From Octopus sinensis (lineage: Eukaryota), in NCBI RefSeq assembly GCF_006345805.1, contig NC_043011.1, forward strand, positions 53,394,464-53,458,463: a DNA stretch of 64,000 bases, given 5' to 3'. A program made the translations under genes and the position numbers. Every line of letters starts with the position of its first letter. Position 1 is the first letter of the stretch. Positions 13,226-25,799 of the stretch are shown one piece after another. The notes under the pieces were generated by a model. It had not been told where the DNA came from and ran no database searches. It saw nothing but the letters and a program-made list of their open reading frames with translations.

Positions 13226-13520
13226 CAGGTGTGGCTGTGTGGTAACAAACTTGGTTCCAAAACACATGGTCCTCAGTTCAGTCCCACTGTGTGGTAACTT
13301 GGCATGTGTCTTCTGCTATAGCCTGAGACCAACCAAAGCCTGGTCAGTGGATTTTGTAGACAGAAACTGAAAGAAATCAATTGTATATATATGTATGTAT
13401 ATATGTAAGTCTATGTGTGTGTCTTCGTGCTTCACAACTGGTGTTCGTTTATTTACATCCCCATAACTTACTGGTTTCACAAGAAGAAACTGATACAATA
13501 AGTACCAGGCTTATCAAAAT
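13226..13520 (+). mobile_element. SINE family A (diverged)
   Basis: Head and core similarity to family A. Confidence 0.7.
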
Positions 13521-13643
13521 ATAAAAAAGCACTACGAAGTGTCTCATATTTTTGTTTGCGCACTCAGATGTATCTATCAATTTATCTTTGTGTGTGTGTG
13601 TATACATATATATATACATATATGTATACACACACACACATAC

Positions 13644-13735
<92 letters not shown>

Positions 13736-13940
13736 ACATAGTTCTTGAACCGGTACTTCAAGTAACGACTAGGGTAGGGTAACTGACTGCTTATTGTGAT
13801 CATTCGTCTTTTGGTTTCCTGTAGCGTTGCTCTCATTTACAAACCCAGTGAACATACGTATATTTCCTATTTCAAAGAAATTCAAACAATAGATATAAGA
13901 CCCAAGTTAAAAAGATTTTCAACAATTCGCAGGAGTGGCT

Positions 13941-14340
13941 GCGCAGGAGTGGCTGTGTGGTAAGTAGCTTGCTAACCAACCACATGGTTGCGGGTTCAGT
14001 CCCACTGCGTGACATTTTGGCCAAGTGTCTTCTGCTATAGCCCCGGGCCGACCAATGCCTTGTGAGTGGATTTGGTAGACGGAAACTGAAAGAAGCCTGT
14101 CGTATATATGTATATATATATATATGTGTGTTTGTGTGTCTGTGTTTGTCCCCCTAGCATTGCTTGACAACCGATGCTGGTGTGTTTACGTCTCCGTCAC
14201 TTAGCGGTTCGGCAAAAGAGACTGTTAGAATAAGTACTGGGCTTACAAAGAATAAGTCCTGGGGTCGATTTGCTCGACTAAAGGCGGTGCTCCAGCATGG
14301 CCGCAGTCAAATGACTGAAACAAGTAAAAGTAAGAGTAAT
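13941..14340 (+). mobile_element. SINE family A, full length, with duplicated 5' end
   Basis: Near-identical to 8772-9193; CGCAGGAGTGGCTG is repeated at the 5' junction. Confidence 0.9.
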
Positions 14341-14671
14341 TCAACTTCTCTGGTTGACATTAAGATGCCCACCCCCAACAGGAGCCTTAACTCTCACATT
14401 TTAGAGCTCCGTGACATTCATTTTTTCGGAGCAAAATCTTTTTAACAGGTTCAATAACACTGGAATTTTGGAATATGCGCATAAAAATCAGTAGTAAGGA
14501 ATACATGTGGCAGGATTACAAATTTTTGGGGGTGTGTAAAGAGGGAAATAACCCTTATCTGCAATTTTGATGAAATTCGAAACATAGATATTCCAGTTCA
14601 CTCAGAAAATATAACAGAAAAGTCTAATTCTTTAATTGAATGTAACCGGGCAACGCCGGGTATCTCTGCTA

Positions 14672-14672
<1 letters not shown>
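14341..14672 (+). mobile_element. Helitron-like 3' terminus
   Basis: Hairpin ACCGGGCAACGCCGGGT followed by CTAG|T at 14669-14673. The 5' boundary is uncertain. Confidence 0.55.
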
Positions 14673-14717
<45 letters not shown>

Positions 14718-14925
14718 TATTATTCTTTACTTGTTTCAGTCATTTGACCGCGGCCATGCTGGAGCACCGCCCTTAGTCGAACGAATCGATCCCAGGACTT
14801 ATTCTTTGTAAGCTTAGTACTTATTCTATCGGACTCTTTTTGCCGAACCGCTAAGTTACGAGGGGGGGGCGTAAATACACCAACATCGGTTGTCAAGCGG
14901 TGGTGGTGGTGGTGGTGGGACAAAT
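14718..14925 (-). mobile_element. SINE family A, 3' half
   Basis: Reverse complement of the family A tail segment. Confidence 0.8.
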
Positions 14926-15617
14926 ACAAACATATATACATACATACATACATACATACATACATACATACATACATACATACATACACATACACACACG
15001 CACATACACACATACACACATACACGTTAATATCGAATAGTGTGAACGAGTGCTCAACATCGCATTGCTGAATAGATATTCTTTATTTATGGATTATCAA
15101 GGTAACTAATGGTTTCACATACACACAGACGCACACACACACACGCGCGCGCTCACTCACATACTCACGCAGCGTAATATTAGTTATTGAATTTCCCAGG
15201 GGAAAGGAATTACATAATCAATTTCAATAGCTTCATTAGATGTTGCACAAGCACTCAGCTCTGAGTGTGATGCCTCCCATAGCAGAAACAGATGTAAGCT
15301 AATGAAGTTAATTATGTACGTATGTATGTATGTATGTATGTATGTATGTATGTATGTATGTATGTATGTATGTACTTTTCTGTTTTGTTTTTAAAAAATT
15401 ATTTAAATTCTTTCTTCGAAGAAGGAGATGGTTTCTAACAAAGACACAAAGCTCCATCATTGGAGTGTAGATAACGAAAACATTGTCACATTTTAAACTT
15501 GAGAAAAGTCTTGCATAGCCTTACTATTCCCCTTACAAATTATATTTGCAATGTGCGAGTCAGTTGGTTGATTTCTTTTTCTGAAAATACAAGCTTTTCC
15601 AGATTGACAGGCATTTA

Positions 15618-15860
15618 CTAGTGATCAGAGCGGCAGACTCGCGGTCGAGGGATCGCTGGTTCGAATCTCAGACCGGGCGATATGTGTGTTTATGAGCGAA
15701 ACACCTAAGCTCCTCGCAGCACCGGCAGAAGGTAATGGCTGATTCTTCTGCTGATTCTTCCACCACAATTTTCCCGTCCATGTTGGGAACCTATACGCCA
15801 ATGAAACCGGGAAACCGGCCCTCATGAGCCAGGCATGGCTCGAGATGGAACAAAACAAAG
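15618..15860 (+). mobile_element. SINE head type D with tail type 2
   Basis: D-type head (GACTCGCGGTC...GGTTCGAATCTC) joined to the GAAACCGGGAAACCGGCCCTCATGAGCC tail. Confidence 0.75.
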
Positions 15861-16292
15861 TGTTCCAATTATTATTGAAATAAATGTAAATTTGCAATCC
15901 AGATATAGGAGCTGGAGGTTTCGAAGCAGTTCTTTATAGTTATCTTCTTTCTCTTTGATTTTCTGAGAGATACTTGCATCAGCAGGACAGCCCACCTCAG
16001 TGATGGTACTTTTCCTTGACTGTCCCAATCAGCAATATTCGGCTTGTTATGCTTACACTTGACAGATGTTCTCATGGGAATATTCCACCAGCATTCCTTA
16101 TGCTGATATTTGTGTTTGTGCTCAATAACAGGGGGGATTCTCTATCTTTAATTCAGGACAGTCTTTTTTCCAGATGTCATTGTATATTGCTTTTATATCG
16201 TCGTGTCGGATAGGTAAGTAGCACCTTGATGACATTTTCCGGCTGCTGCTAATCACATGTAAGATGTCTTCCACAGAAATGACATAATTTAC
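15861..16292 (-). pseudogene. Decayed non-LTR retrotransposon restriction-like endonuclease (RLE) region
   Basis: Frameshifted translation ...EDILHVISS...YLPIRHD...WWNIPMRTSVKCKHNKPNIADWD / EVGCPAD...KEKEDNYKELLRNLQLLY...IIIGTL, showing the RHD, PD..D/E and K..K.Y motifs typical of RLE-class LINEs. Confidence 0.75.
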
Positions 16293-16310
16293 ATTTTCGG
16301 TTGCATCCTG

Positions 16311-16730
16311 GGATCTTTACCTTTTTCACCGGCAGATTTAGAAAATAACCTTTTTGTAACCAAGCACTTTCAAACTTCGGATACTGGTAGAATGTGTCAT
16401 ATAAGACAACTTTTACTCAGCGTTTTTGAGAAAAGTTTATGTTTACGAAGTTATTTCGTGTTAAAAATGTCGTACTTCGGTAATTTCAACCAATCAATGA
16501 CGTGTATTCAGCTGAATAAAATTACTGCCGTTGTTTGTCAGCAACAACTACTGGCTGTGAATATTTCGTTTATCACTGTTATTTATGACTTCGTTCGTGC
16601 GTTTGTACTGGTTTTAGCTTAAAGGTTTTAGGTTCAGGGTTAGGGTTGGGATATACCAGTATACGAAGTTTGAAAGTGTTTAGTTACAAAAAATTATTTT
16701 CTAAATCTGCCGGTCAAAAGGTAAAGATCC
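16311..16730. mobile_element. MITE with about 78-bp TIRs and 8-bp TSD (Merlin-like)
   Basis: GGATCTTTACCTTTT...TACTGGTA / TACCAGTA...AAAAGGTAAAGATCC. TSD GCATCCTG / ACATCCTG. The superfamily assignment is inference. Confidence 0.8.
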
Positions 16731-16769
16731 ACATCCTGGAACTCCAAAGATTTCACTGTCTCTTTTGTT

Positions 16770-17350
16770 TATGTATGTATGTATGTATGTATGTATGTAT
16801 GTATGTATGTATGTATGTATGTATGTATGAATGTATGTATGTATGTATGTATGTATGTATGTATGTATGTATGTATGTATGAATGTATGTATGTATGTAT
16901 GAATGTATGTATGTATGTATTTATGTATGTATGAATGTATGTATGTATGTATGTATGAATGTATGTATGTATGTATGTATGTATGTATGTATGAATGTAT
17001 GTATGTATGTACGTATGAATGTATGTATGTATGTATGTATGAATGTATGTATGTATGTATGTATGTATGTATGATGTATGTATGTATGTATGTATGTATG
17101 TATGTATGTATGTATGTATGTATGTATGTATGAATGTATGTATGTATGTATTTATGTATGTATGAATGTATGTATGTATGTATGTAAGTATGTACGTATG
17201 TATGTATGTATGTATGTATGTATGTATGTATGTATGTATGCGTTTATGCTTTTTGCATGGATTTATTTATGCATGTACGTACGTACCTATGCATGTATTG
17301 ATGTATGTACGTACGTATGCATGCATATATGTGTATACACACACACACAC
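16770..17350. repeat. (TATG)n microsatellite
   Basis: Directly visible. Confidence 0.95.
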
Positions 17351-17991
17351 AATTGTTTTGACTCTTATGTTTAGCAATACTGGTACTGACTAACCCTAAC
17401 CAGTATTAGTGACGTCTGTACTTATATATATATATATATATATATATATTTCGTTCGTCCTCTTGTGTGTTTGTTTTTGTACATGTATCTCGTTTTGTAA
17501 CTAATTGTATTTTTTGTACATGTATTTTTATTTTTGCAGTTTTATTGTTCGTCTATGCCAGAAAAAAGGCTTTTTCGTTCGTCCTCGTGTGTGTTGTTTT
17601 TGTACATGTATTTTAATTTTGCAGTCTTATTGTTACGTCTTGTTTGTGTTCGTACTCATTTTGCCCCGCTGCTTGGGATTTTATTTTAATTCTCTCGCAG
17701 GAAGGCCTATTGGATTAGTGTACTGTTATGCCTTCGAAACATGCCTGACTCCTCTAGCGACAGCTGATGACGGGGGTTTTGTCCTTGTGTAGCTCGTCCT
17801 GTATTTGTTTTTCGTTTTCTTGTTTTTCGTTTTCCGTTTTCTTGTTTTTTGTTTTTTGGTTTTTTCCGTTTCTACGTCTTATTGTGTTGTCCTGTACTCC
17901 CGTATAATTATTTATATATGCATGTATATATACATGTAGATGTAGGTACGTACATATATGTTTGTATGTATGCATATATTTTTATTTATCT

Positions 17992-18102
<111 letters not shown>

Positions 18103-18108
18103 CTCTGT

Positions 18109-18301
18109 ACTCTTTTACTTTTTTACTTGTTTCAGTGATTTGACTGCAGCCATGCTGGAGAACCGCCTTTAGTCGAAGAAATCGAGCCCAGGACTTATTC
18201 TTTGTAAGCCTAGTACTTATTCTATCGGTCTCCTTTGCCGAACCGCTAAATTACGGGGGCGTAAACACACCAGCGTCAGTTGTCAAGCGATGTTGGGGGA
18301 G

Positions 18302-18343
<42 letters not shown>

Positions 18344-18436
18344 GACGGGCTTCTTTTAGTTTACGTCTACCAAATCCACTCATAAGGCTTTGGTCGGCCC
18401 GAGGCTATAATAGAAGACACTTGCCCAAGGTGCCAC
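18109..18436 (-). mobile_element. SINE family A lacking the 5' head
   Basis: Reverse-complement match. Abuts the 3' part of the hammerhead-associated repeat (18437-18510, similar to 39430-39510). Confidence 0.8.
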
Positions 18437-18561
18437 GAGCGTCAAATTAATACACCTGTTTGTTGTTCCTACACCTGTCTTCATCTCTTGTTTTCTGTAA
18501 ATTTGAACTAAATGTGTGTGTGTGTGTGTGTGTGTGCATTTATGCATGCCTCTTTGTATGC

Positions 18562-18592
<31 letters not shown>

Positions 18593-18774
18593 TGTATGTA
18601 TTTATGTATGCATGTGTGTGTGTATGTATGTATGTATGTATGTATGTATGTGTGTATGTGTGTATGTGTGTATGTGTTTAAGTTCCTAGTTACAGGGCAT
18701 AGCTTTTGTACCAAGGTAGCCGAAATGTTACATAGAGGCACCTCCGTAACTTTCTACAAACTCGGATAAGTCTG

Positions 18775-18806
<32 letters not shown>

Positions 18807-18842
18807 AACAACCACCACCGCCACTATTAGTTGTAGTAGTAA

Positions 18843-18899
<57 letters not shown>

Positions 18900-19119
18900 A
18901 GGTAGTAGTAGTAGAATATAAAATGGTGTCTGTGGTGGGGGGGAGGAGCAGTAAAAGGGGATTAAGTCAGTGAACCCCCACTCCTGTAAGCCTCCTTGTT
19001 TGAAGACTGTATTAAAGGTCATAGGTCGATGTCATGACAACCTTTAAGAAGGAGTTCCTGATAACAGCAACGAAGACAGATCTGATGGCGGGGGTGGCGA
19101 TGTCGGCGGCGATAATGTT

Positions 19120-19132
19120 TATGGTGATGACA

Positions 19133-19164
<32 letters not shown>

Positions 19165-19167
19165 CAC

Positions 19168-19228
<61 letters not shown>

Positions 19229-19277
19229 ATGATGATGGTGATGATGATGATGATAATGATGATGGTGGTGGTGATGG

Positions 19278-19308
<31 letters not shown>

Positions 19309-19427
19309 AATGATGATGGTGATGGTGATGATGGTGGTGATGGTGATGATGATGATGGTGATGGTGATGGTGATGATGATGGTGATGATGATGATGATGA
19401 TGATGATGATAATGATGATGGTGGTGG

Positions 19428-19464
<37 letters not shown>

Positions 19465-19583
19465 AATGATGATGGTGATGGTGATGATGGTGGTGATGGT
19501 GATGATGATGATGGTGATGGTGATGGTGATGATGATGGTGATGATGATGATGATGATGATGATGATAATGATGATGGTGGTGG

Positions 19584-19623
<40 letters not shown>

Positions 19624-19665
19624 AATGATGATGGTGGTGGTGATGGTAGTAATGATGATAATGCT
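19120..19665. repeat. (GAT/GGT)n compound microsatellite with internal block duplications
   Basis: Directly visible; source of the poly-M/H/I/S ORFs. Confidence 0.95.
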
Positions 19666-20103
19666 GACAGAACAATTGCCAACGACATCAACAAAAGCAA
19701 AAACAGCAAAAAAAAGAGAAAAATTACATTCATTCACATCACCATTACCAACAATAAGGGTTCATCACCATCATCATCATCGTATCATCATCATTATCAT
19801 CATAATCATCGCCGTCGTCATCGTCGTCATCCTTGTCGTCTTTGTCGTCGTCATCGTCACCAGCAACCACAAAACGTGTTCCAATGACACCACCACCACC
19901 ACCACCACATGCATACACACACACACACACATACACACACACACACATACATACACACATACATACACACACACATACATACATACATACATGCATGCAT
20001 GCATACATACATGCATACATACATACATACATACATACATACATGCATACATACATACATACATACACACATACATACATACATACATACATACATACAT
20101 TCA

Positions 20104-20135
<32 letters not shown>

Positions 20136-20559
20136 AGATGCAAGGATCGAGGTGTAGGAAGAAAGTTAGCTTCAAGCAAACCGTAGTAAATATTATTAAA
20201 AAAAAAAACAACTTTCAGGGACAATAGAGTTTTATTAAGACGGAAGGTTGTGGATTTTTTTCCTTATCGAAGTACGATAAACTGAAAAAAGTTCTTTTTA
20301 TATTTCATGATAAGGAGCTAGGGTTGGCGAGTATGCGAATACAAATACAAGAGTTAAGGAATGGAACAAATAAAATCCAGGCTACAGCGGAATCTCGGAA
20401 GTGGTAAATATCCAAGCGAGGTCTATGCCGCAGGCTTCTCTTCAGGCCAAAGGTGTCTTGATTATATGAAAGTTTACATTATCGCAAGGAGGTACATGTT
20501 AAGACATGGAAGATTAAACCAGAATGTATACATACAAACATACATACATACATACATAA

Positions 20560-20832
20560 ATACATTATGGCTGCCCCCTTGTTATCGAGTATGGCCACTG
20601 CACGAAGCTTAACTGTTACTGGTGCTGTGATCGAATGTGACTTTTTAGCCCAGCTAAAGATCTACAATGTCTTGTACAAAATTGGCAACTAAAACCTTTA
20701 CTAGTAATAGCCGGCTGTAGTTGTAACTGGGCTTCATGTACCTTTGCATGTCGTTTAAGTCCTCCTGCCGAATTACACTCTCTTCCACATGCCCGACAGA
20801 TATGGTTAGTATGGTGTGCTACACCACCACCA
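20560..20832 (-). pseudogene. 3' end of an RTE-like LINE encoding two C2H2-like fingers
   Basis: CRACGRECNSAGGLKRHAKVH...CQFCTRHCRSLAGLKSHIRSQH*, then a short 3' UTR running into (TATG)n. This pattern is typical of RTE-clade ORF C-termini. Confidence 0.65.
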
Positions 20833-21178
20833 TAAATACATACATACATACAGACAGACAGACACATAGATAGACAAACACGACCTATTTTCAGTTTCCG
20901 TCTACCAAATCAACTCACAAGGCTTTGGTCGGCGGGCTATAGTAGAAGACACTTGCACAATTTGGATGATCAAAAAGATGGGATGGTCACGGCTCGAACG
21001 CTTTTGGTAAAAGACCTACTCGGTCAGCTTCTGACTTGAGGTCAAGCAACTATAAATGCGTAAGAGAGTTAATTTACGGTCGCTAAAAGTAACAGCCAAA
21101 TCTTCCTCAAATCACACGTGAAGGACAATGAATAATGTAACCTTACACACACACACACACTACATGCACACACTCATG

Positions 21179-21209
<31 letters not shown>

Positions 21210-21409
21210 ACTCACACACTCACACATATATGTGCTTAGCAAAAAGTATTGGGTGGTCATGATTGGAATGGTCTTGATCTTAGGTCTGCTCAATCAGGAT
21301 TGACTCGGGGCTAAATAACAATGGCGGCAACGTTAAACGTTACGTCGTCACGAAACATTCAAAGTGCAACAACAGCATAAATGAACACTGACTTTGCAAA
21401 CAGCTACAC

Positions 21410-21428
21410 CACCGCCATTACCACCACC

Positions 21429-21460
<32 letters not shown>

Positions 21461-22063
21461 CAAAAGCTCCTCCGCCGCCACTAACAACAACAACAACCAC
21501 CACCACAAAAACAACAAAAGTTCTACCACCACAATCACCACCACCACCATCAACAAAAACAATGACAAAAACAGGATCACCACCACCACCACCACCACCA
21601 CCACCACTACCACCACCACCACCACCACCACCACCACTACCACCACCACCAACAACAACAACAATAACATCAACAACAATAACAACAACAACAAAAGCCA
21701 TAACAAAAAACCCTACCACCACCACCACCACTACCAATAACAACAGCAGCAATGACAATTACAATAACAACTAGTACTAATACGGCTCCACCACCACCAC
21801 CAACAACAACAATAACTAAAACAATAACAAAAGCACTACCAACCCTACCACCACCACCATCACACCACCACCATCACCGACAACAACAACTACTACCACT
21901 ACTACTACTACTACTACGAGACCGCCATCACCACCACCAACAGCCGCAATAATCATTACAATAACAACTATTACTACACCGCCTCCACCCCCACCACAAC
22001 CAACATTTACAACAACAACAACAACAAAACTGAACCTTCACCGCCCCCACCACACCACTGCAA

Positions 22064-22138
<75 letters not shown>

Positions 22139-24085
22139 TGAAAACAGATGAATTGGGTTTCTCTCAAGAAATCTATTTATGTGTATTGTGTATGTGTGTG
22201 TGTGTGTTGTGTGTGTGTAATGTGTGTATCTGTATTGTGTATGTATGTGGCTGATGAGTGTGTGTGTGTGTATGTGGTGTGTGTGTGGTGTGTGTGCGTG
22301 TATGTGTCTGATAAGCGTGTGTTGCGTGTGTGTGTATGTGTTTAACGTGTGTCTGCAACGTGCGCGCGCGTGTGTGTATGTGTATGTGTGCGTGTGTGTA
22401 TATGTGGTATGTATTTATATGTCGTGTGTGTGTGTGTGTGTGTGTAAATCTACAACGTATATGTGCCTACGTCGTATGTGTGCGTATGCGTATGTGTGTG
22501 TATGCGTATGTGTGTGCATGTGTGTATGTCTAACGAGCGTATGTGCACGTGTCCAATTTGTGTAAATGTGGTATATTTATTTACAAATGCCTGATTTGTG
22601 TGTGGTGTGTGTACGTGCCTATATATATGTGTGTGTATGTGTGTGTGTGTATGCGTGTGTGTATGTATATACCTGCGTGAGAAGTGTGTATGTAATGTAC
22701 ATGTGTGGAAGTGATATGTGGTTGGGTGTGGTGTGATGCGGTGTGGTGTGTGCGAGTGGTGTCTGGTGACGGTGTATGCGTTGTACGTCAATAGTGTGTG
22801 TGAGATCTTCGTATGTATGCGTGAAATGTGTGCGTGATATATGCGTGCTGTGTAATGTATATGTATGTATGTATATATGGCATCGGTGGTGGTTTATTTG
22901 TAGGATGTGCATGTATAAATGTGTGTGTGTAAATAGTATATGCGTAGTGTATCTAATGTGTGTGTGTTATGTGCATATATGTGTATCTGTGCGTATTCTG
23001 TGAAATGTGTGTATGTATTGTGTGCGATATATGTGTTTGTTGCGTTTGTGTGTGAGCTATGTATTGAGCGTATATTTTGTGCGATGTATGTTTCTAATAT
23101 GTATTGTATGAGGTGTGTGTATGTATTATGTTGGCGTGAAACGTGTGAGATGTGGCTGTGTATTATACATGAAATATATGTATGCATTGTGCGTTTGTGT
23201 GAAATGTGCGTTTGATATGTGTTGTGTGTAGTGTAGGTGTGGTGGTGATGTAGTCGTGATGGCGCGTGAGTGTATGTGTGGAAGAGAGAGAGAGGGGGAG
23301 TGTGTGTATGTAGTATGTATATGCGTTGTGTGTGAGATGGATGTATGCATTGTGCGTTTGTGTGAAATGTGCGTGTGATATGTGTTGTGTGTAGTGTAGG
23401 AGTGGTGGTGATGTAGTCGAGATGGTGTGCGACTTAGTGTATGTGTGGAGGAGAGACAGAGGGAGGGTTATGTATGTGTATTGTGTGTATGTAGTGTCTG
23501 TGAGATGTACGTATGCATTGTGAGTTTGTGTGAAATGTGTGTCAGTTATACAGCGTATGTACGTGTGGTATTGGTATAGAGGTGATGTGGTCGGGGTAGT
23601 GTTTGTGGTGAGGTGAGTGTGTGTGTGTGTGTGTATGTGTGTATTGTGTCTATGCATTGTGTGTGAGATGTGTATGTGCATTGTATGTTTGTGTGAAATG
23701 TGTGCAGGATACGTGCTGTTTGTGTGATGTACGTGATACTGATATTGAAGCGATGTAGAAATGATGGTGACGGAATGGAGAAGTATGAACAGATGTGTAA
23801 TCTACGCGTATGATGTTTAGTATGTGGCATGTGTGTGTGTAATGTATGTGAGATGCGTGTGACGTGTGTATGTGTGTGCATGTGGTGGTGTAGTAGGTTG
23901 TAATGATAATGGTGGTATGGGTGTTGCTGTGAATATATGTGTGTGTGTATACGTGTGTGTGTGTGTGTGAACGTGTAAGTGTATGTGTGTGAACGTGTAA
24001 GTGTATGTGTGTGAACGTGTAAGTGTATGTGTGTGTATACGTGCGTGGTGTGTGTGTGTGTGCATATCTGTGTTTGCATATGGTG
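21410..24085. repeat. Low-complexity block: (CCA/CAA/TAA)n then degenerate (TG)n with about 165-bp tandem units
   Basis: ATGCATTGTGCGTTTGTGTGAAATGTG recurs at about 23182, 23346, 23513 and 23678. Confidence 0.85.
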
Positions 24086-24735
24086 TGATAATGTTTTAGT
24101 TGTTGTTTAACGACAGGTCAGTCTTACTCGAGCAGGCCTGAGATCAGAGACCTTCCAGCCGTAGCTGTTCCGACTTTTTTCAGTATACAAGTAACCCACA
24201 TCTACTTTATGCAAAGTGTCCTTTTCTAAAACGTTGGGGGTTTTTGAAGGTTTTTTGGGGATTTGAGGGAAAAGATTTGGCTGGTATTTTTAGCAGTTCA
24301 AACGACCACATAGAAGCACCCTCGCTATGAGTGTTGTTGTTGGTAATGGTGTTATGGTTGTCATTATGATGTGGTGGTGTTCATGCAATGCAGATGGTGA
24401 AAGTATAGCGTTGACAAACTTTTGGTAAAGTTATCGAGTTGGTGACATGGTAACAAAGTGATGTGAAGAGACGTTGCCTAATGGTTAATGCATTAGGTTC
24501 ACGTCCACAAAATTGCCGGTTCAATTCCTGGAACTGGTGGTGCATCTTGTTCCTTCAGCAAGACACTTCATTTCACGTTGCTCTACTCCAGTCATGGACA
24601 ATCTGCGGCCCGCGGGACTTTCTGAATGGCATGTCTAACGAAAAATTACCTCCATTTTTAAAAAATTTAGTTGTAATATCCGCTTGATTATGTGTTATGT
24701 TTCATGCAGTCCGGTTTTCGAAAAAATGTTGGTCA

Positions 24736-25110
24736 GGTGTGGCTGTGTGGTAAGAAGCTTGCTTCCCAACGACGTGGTTCCAGGTTCGGTCCTACTGATG
24801 AATAATATTTTGGGCAAGTGTCTTCTGTTGTAGCCTTGTGAGTGGATTTGGTAGGCGGAAACTGAAAGAAGCCTGTCGTGTATGTATGTATATATATTAT
24901 GTGTCTGTGCTTGTCCCCACACCACCATCGCATGACAACCGATATTTGGTGTGTTTATGATCCCGTGACTTAACCGTTCGGCAAAAGCGACCGATAGAAT
25001 ATGTACTAGGCTTACGAAGAATAAAGTCCTGGGATCGATTTCTTCGACTGGAAAACCCTTTAAGGCGATGCTCCAGCATGGCCGCAGTCAAATGCCCGAA
25101 ACATGTAAAT
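24736..25110 (+). mobile_element. SINE family A (diverged)
   Basis: Head, core and tail similarity to family A. Confidence 0.8.
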
Positions 25111-25426
25111 AGTATACCTGCTCTAGTCTACCCATCTGAAACGAGCACCATCCGAATGCTGATGCAGCTTCACCCACCCCTATTAGTTGTCACATTTACG
25201 AGGTTCTGCATGGTCAGGGGCAGGTGGGCCGCGAAGGTATGCGTTTGAAATAACGAGGACCCTAAGAGAGTTTAGCGGAAGCATCATACATATTGCCAAG
25301 TGCAGGTTAGTATAATGTAGGCGAGATAACGAGGTGGTCTTGTGTTTATATGGTAATGTATCGGTTGTAGTATGGCGACGGTGATATTGATGTAGTTGTG
25401 TGATAATGTGCTAATTTCGTAGTAAT

Positions 25427-25673
25427 CACGTGATCACGTGACCGACCAGACCATCAGATGTTGCTACACATCGCTGGTCACAATGCCTTCGAACAACGCC
25501 AGAAAGAATGGTGAAAGAGTACAGCAGGGATCATCACCCCCTGCCGGAGCCTCGTGGAGCTTTTAGGTGTTTTTGCTCAATAAACACACACACACCGCCC
25601 GGTCTGGGAATCGAAACCGCGATCCTCCGACCGTGAGTCCGCTGCCCTAACCACTGGGCCATTGCGCCTCCAC
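25427..25673 (-). mobile_element. SINE head type D with tail type 3
   Basis: Perfect 14-bp TSD AATTTCGTAGTAAT at 25413-25426 and 25674-25687. The tail is unrelated to tails 1 and 2. Confidence 0.9.
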
Positions 25674-25799
25674 AATTTCGTAGTAATACGATCACAAAAT
25701 AAATGGAAATTAATTCGGAGGCGATGTGCTAATTAAAATTGTCCCCTTAGATAAAGAAAAATAAAACTTAGAGCTAATTGTTGGCGACCCTTTAATTGT

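Noticed and set aside
20616-20867. Host C2H2 zinc-finger gene exon
   Set aside because: There is no TGEKP linker array, the start lies in a microsatellite, and the finger pattern and short tail fit an RTE-like LINE 3' end.
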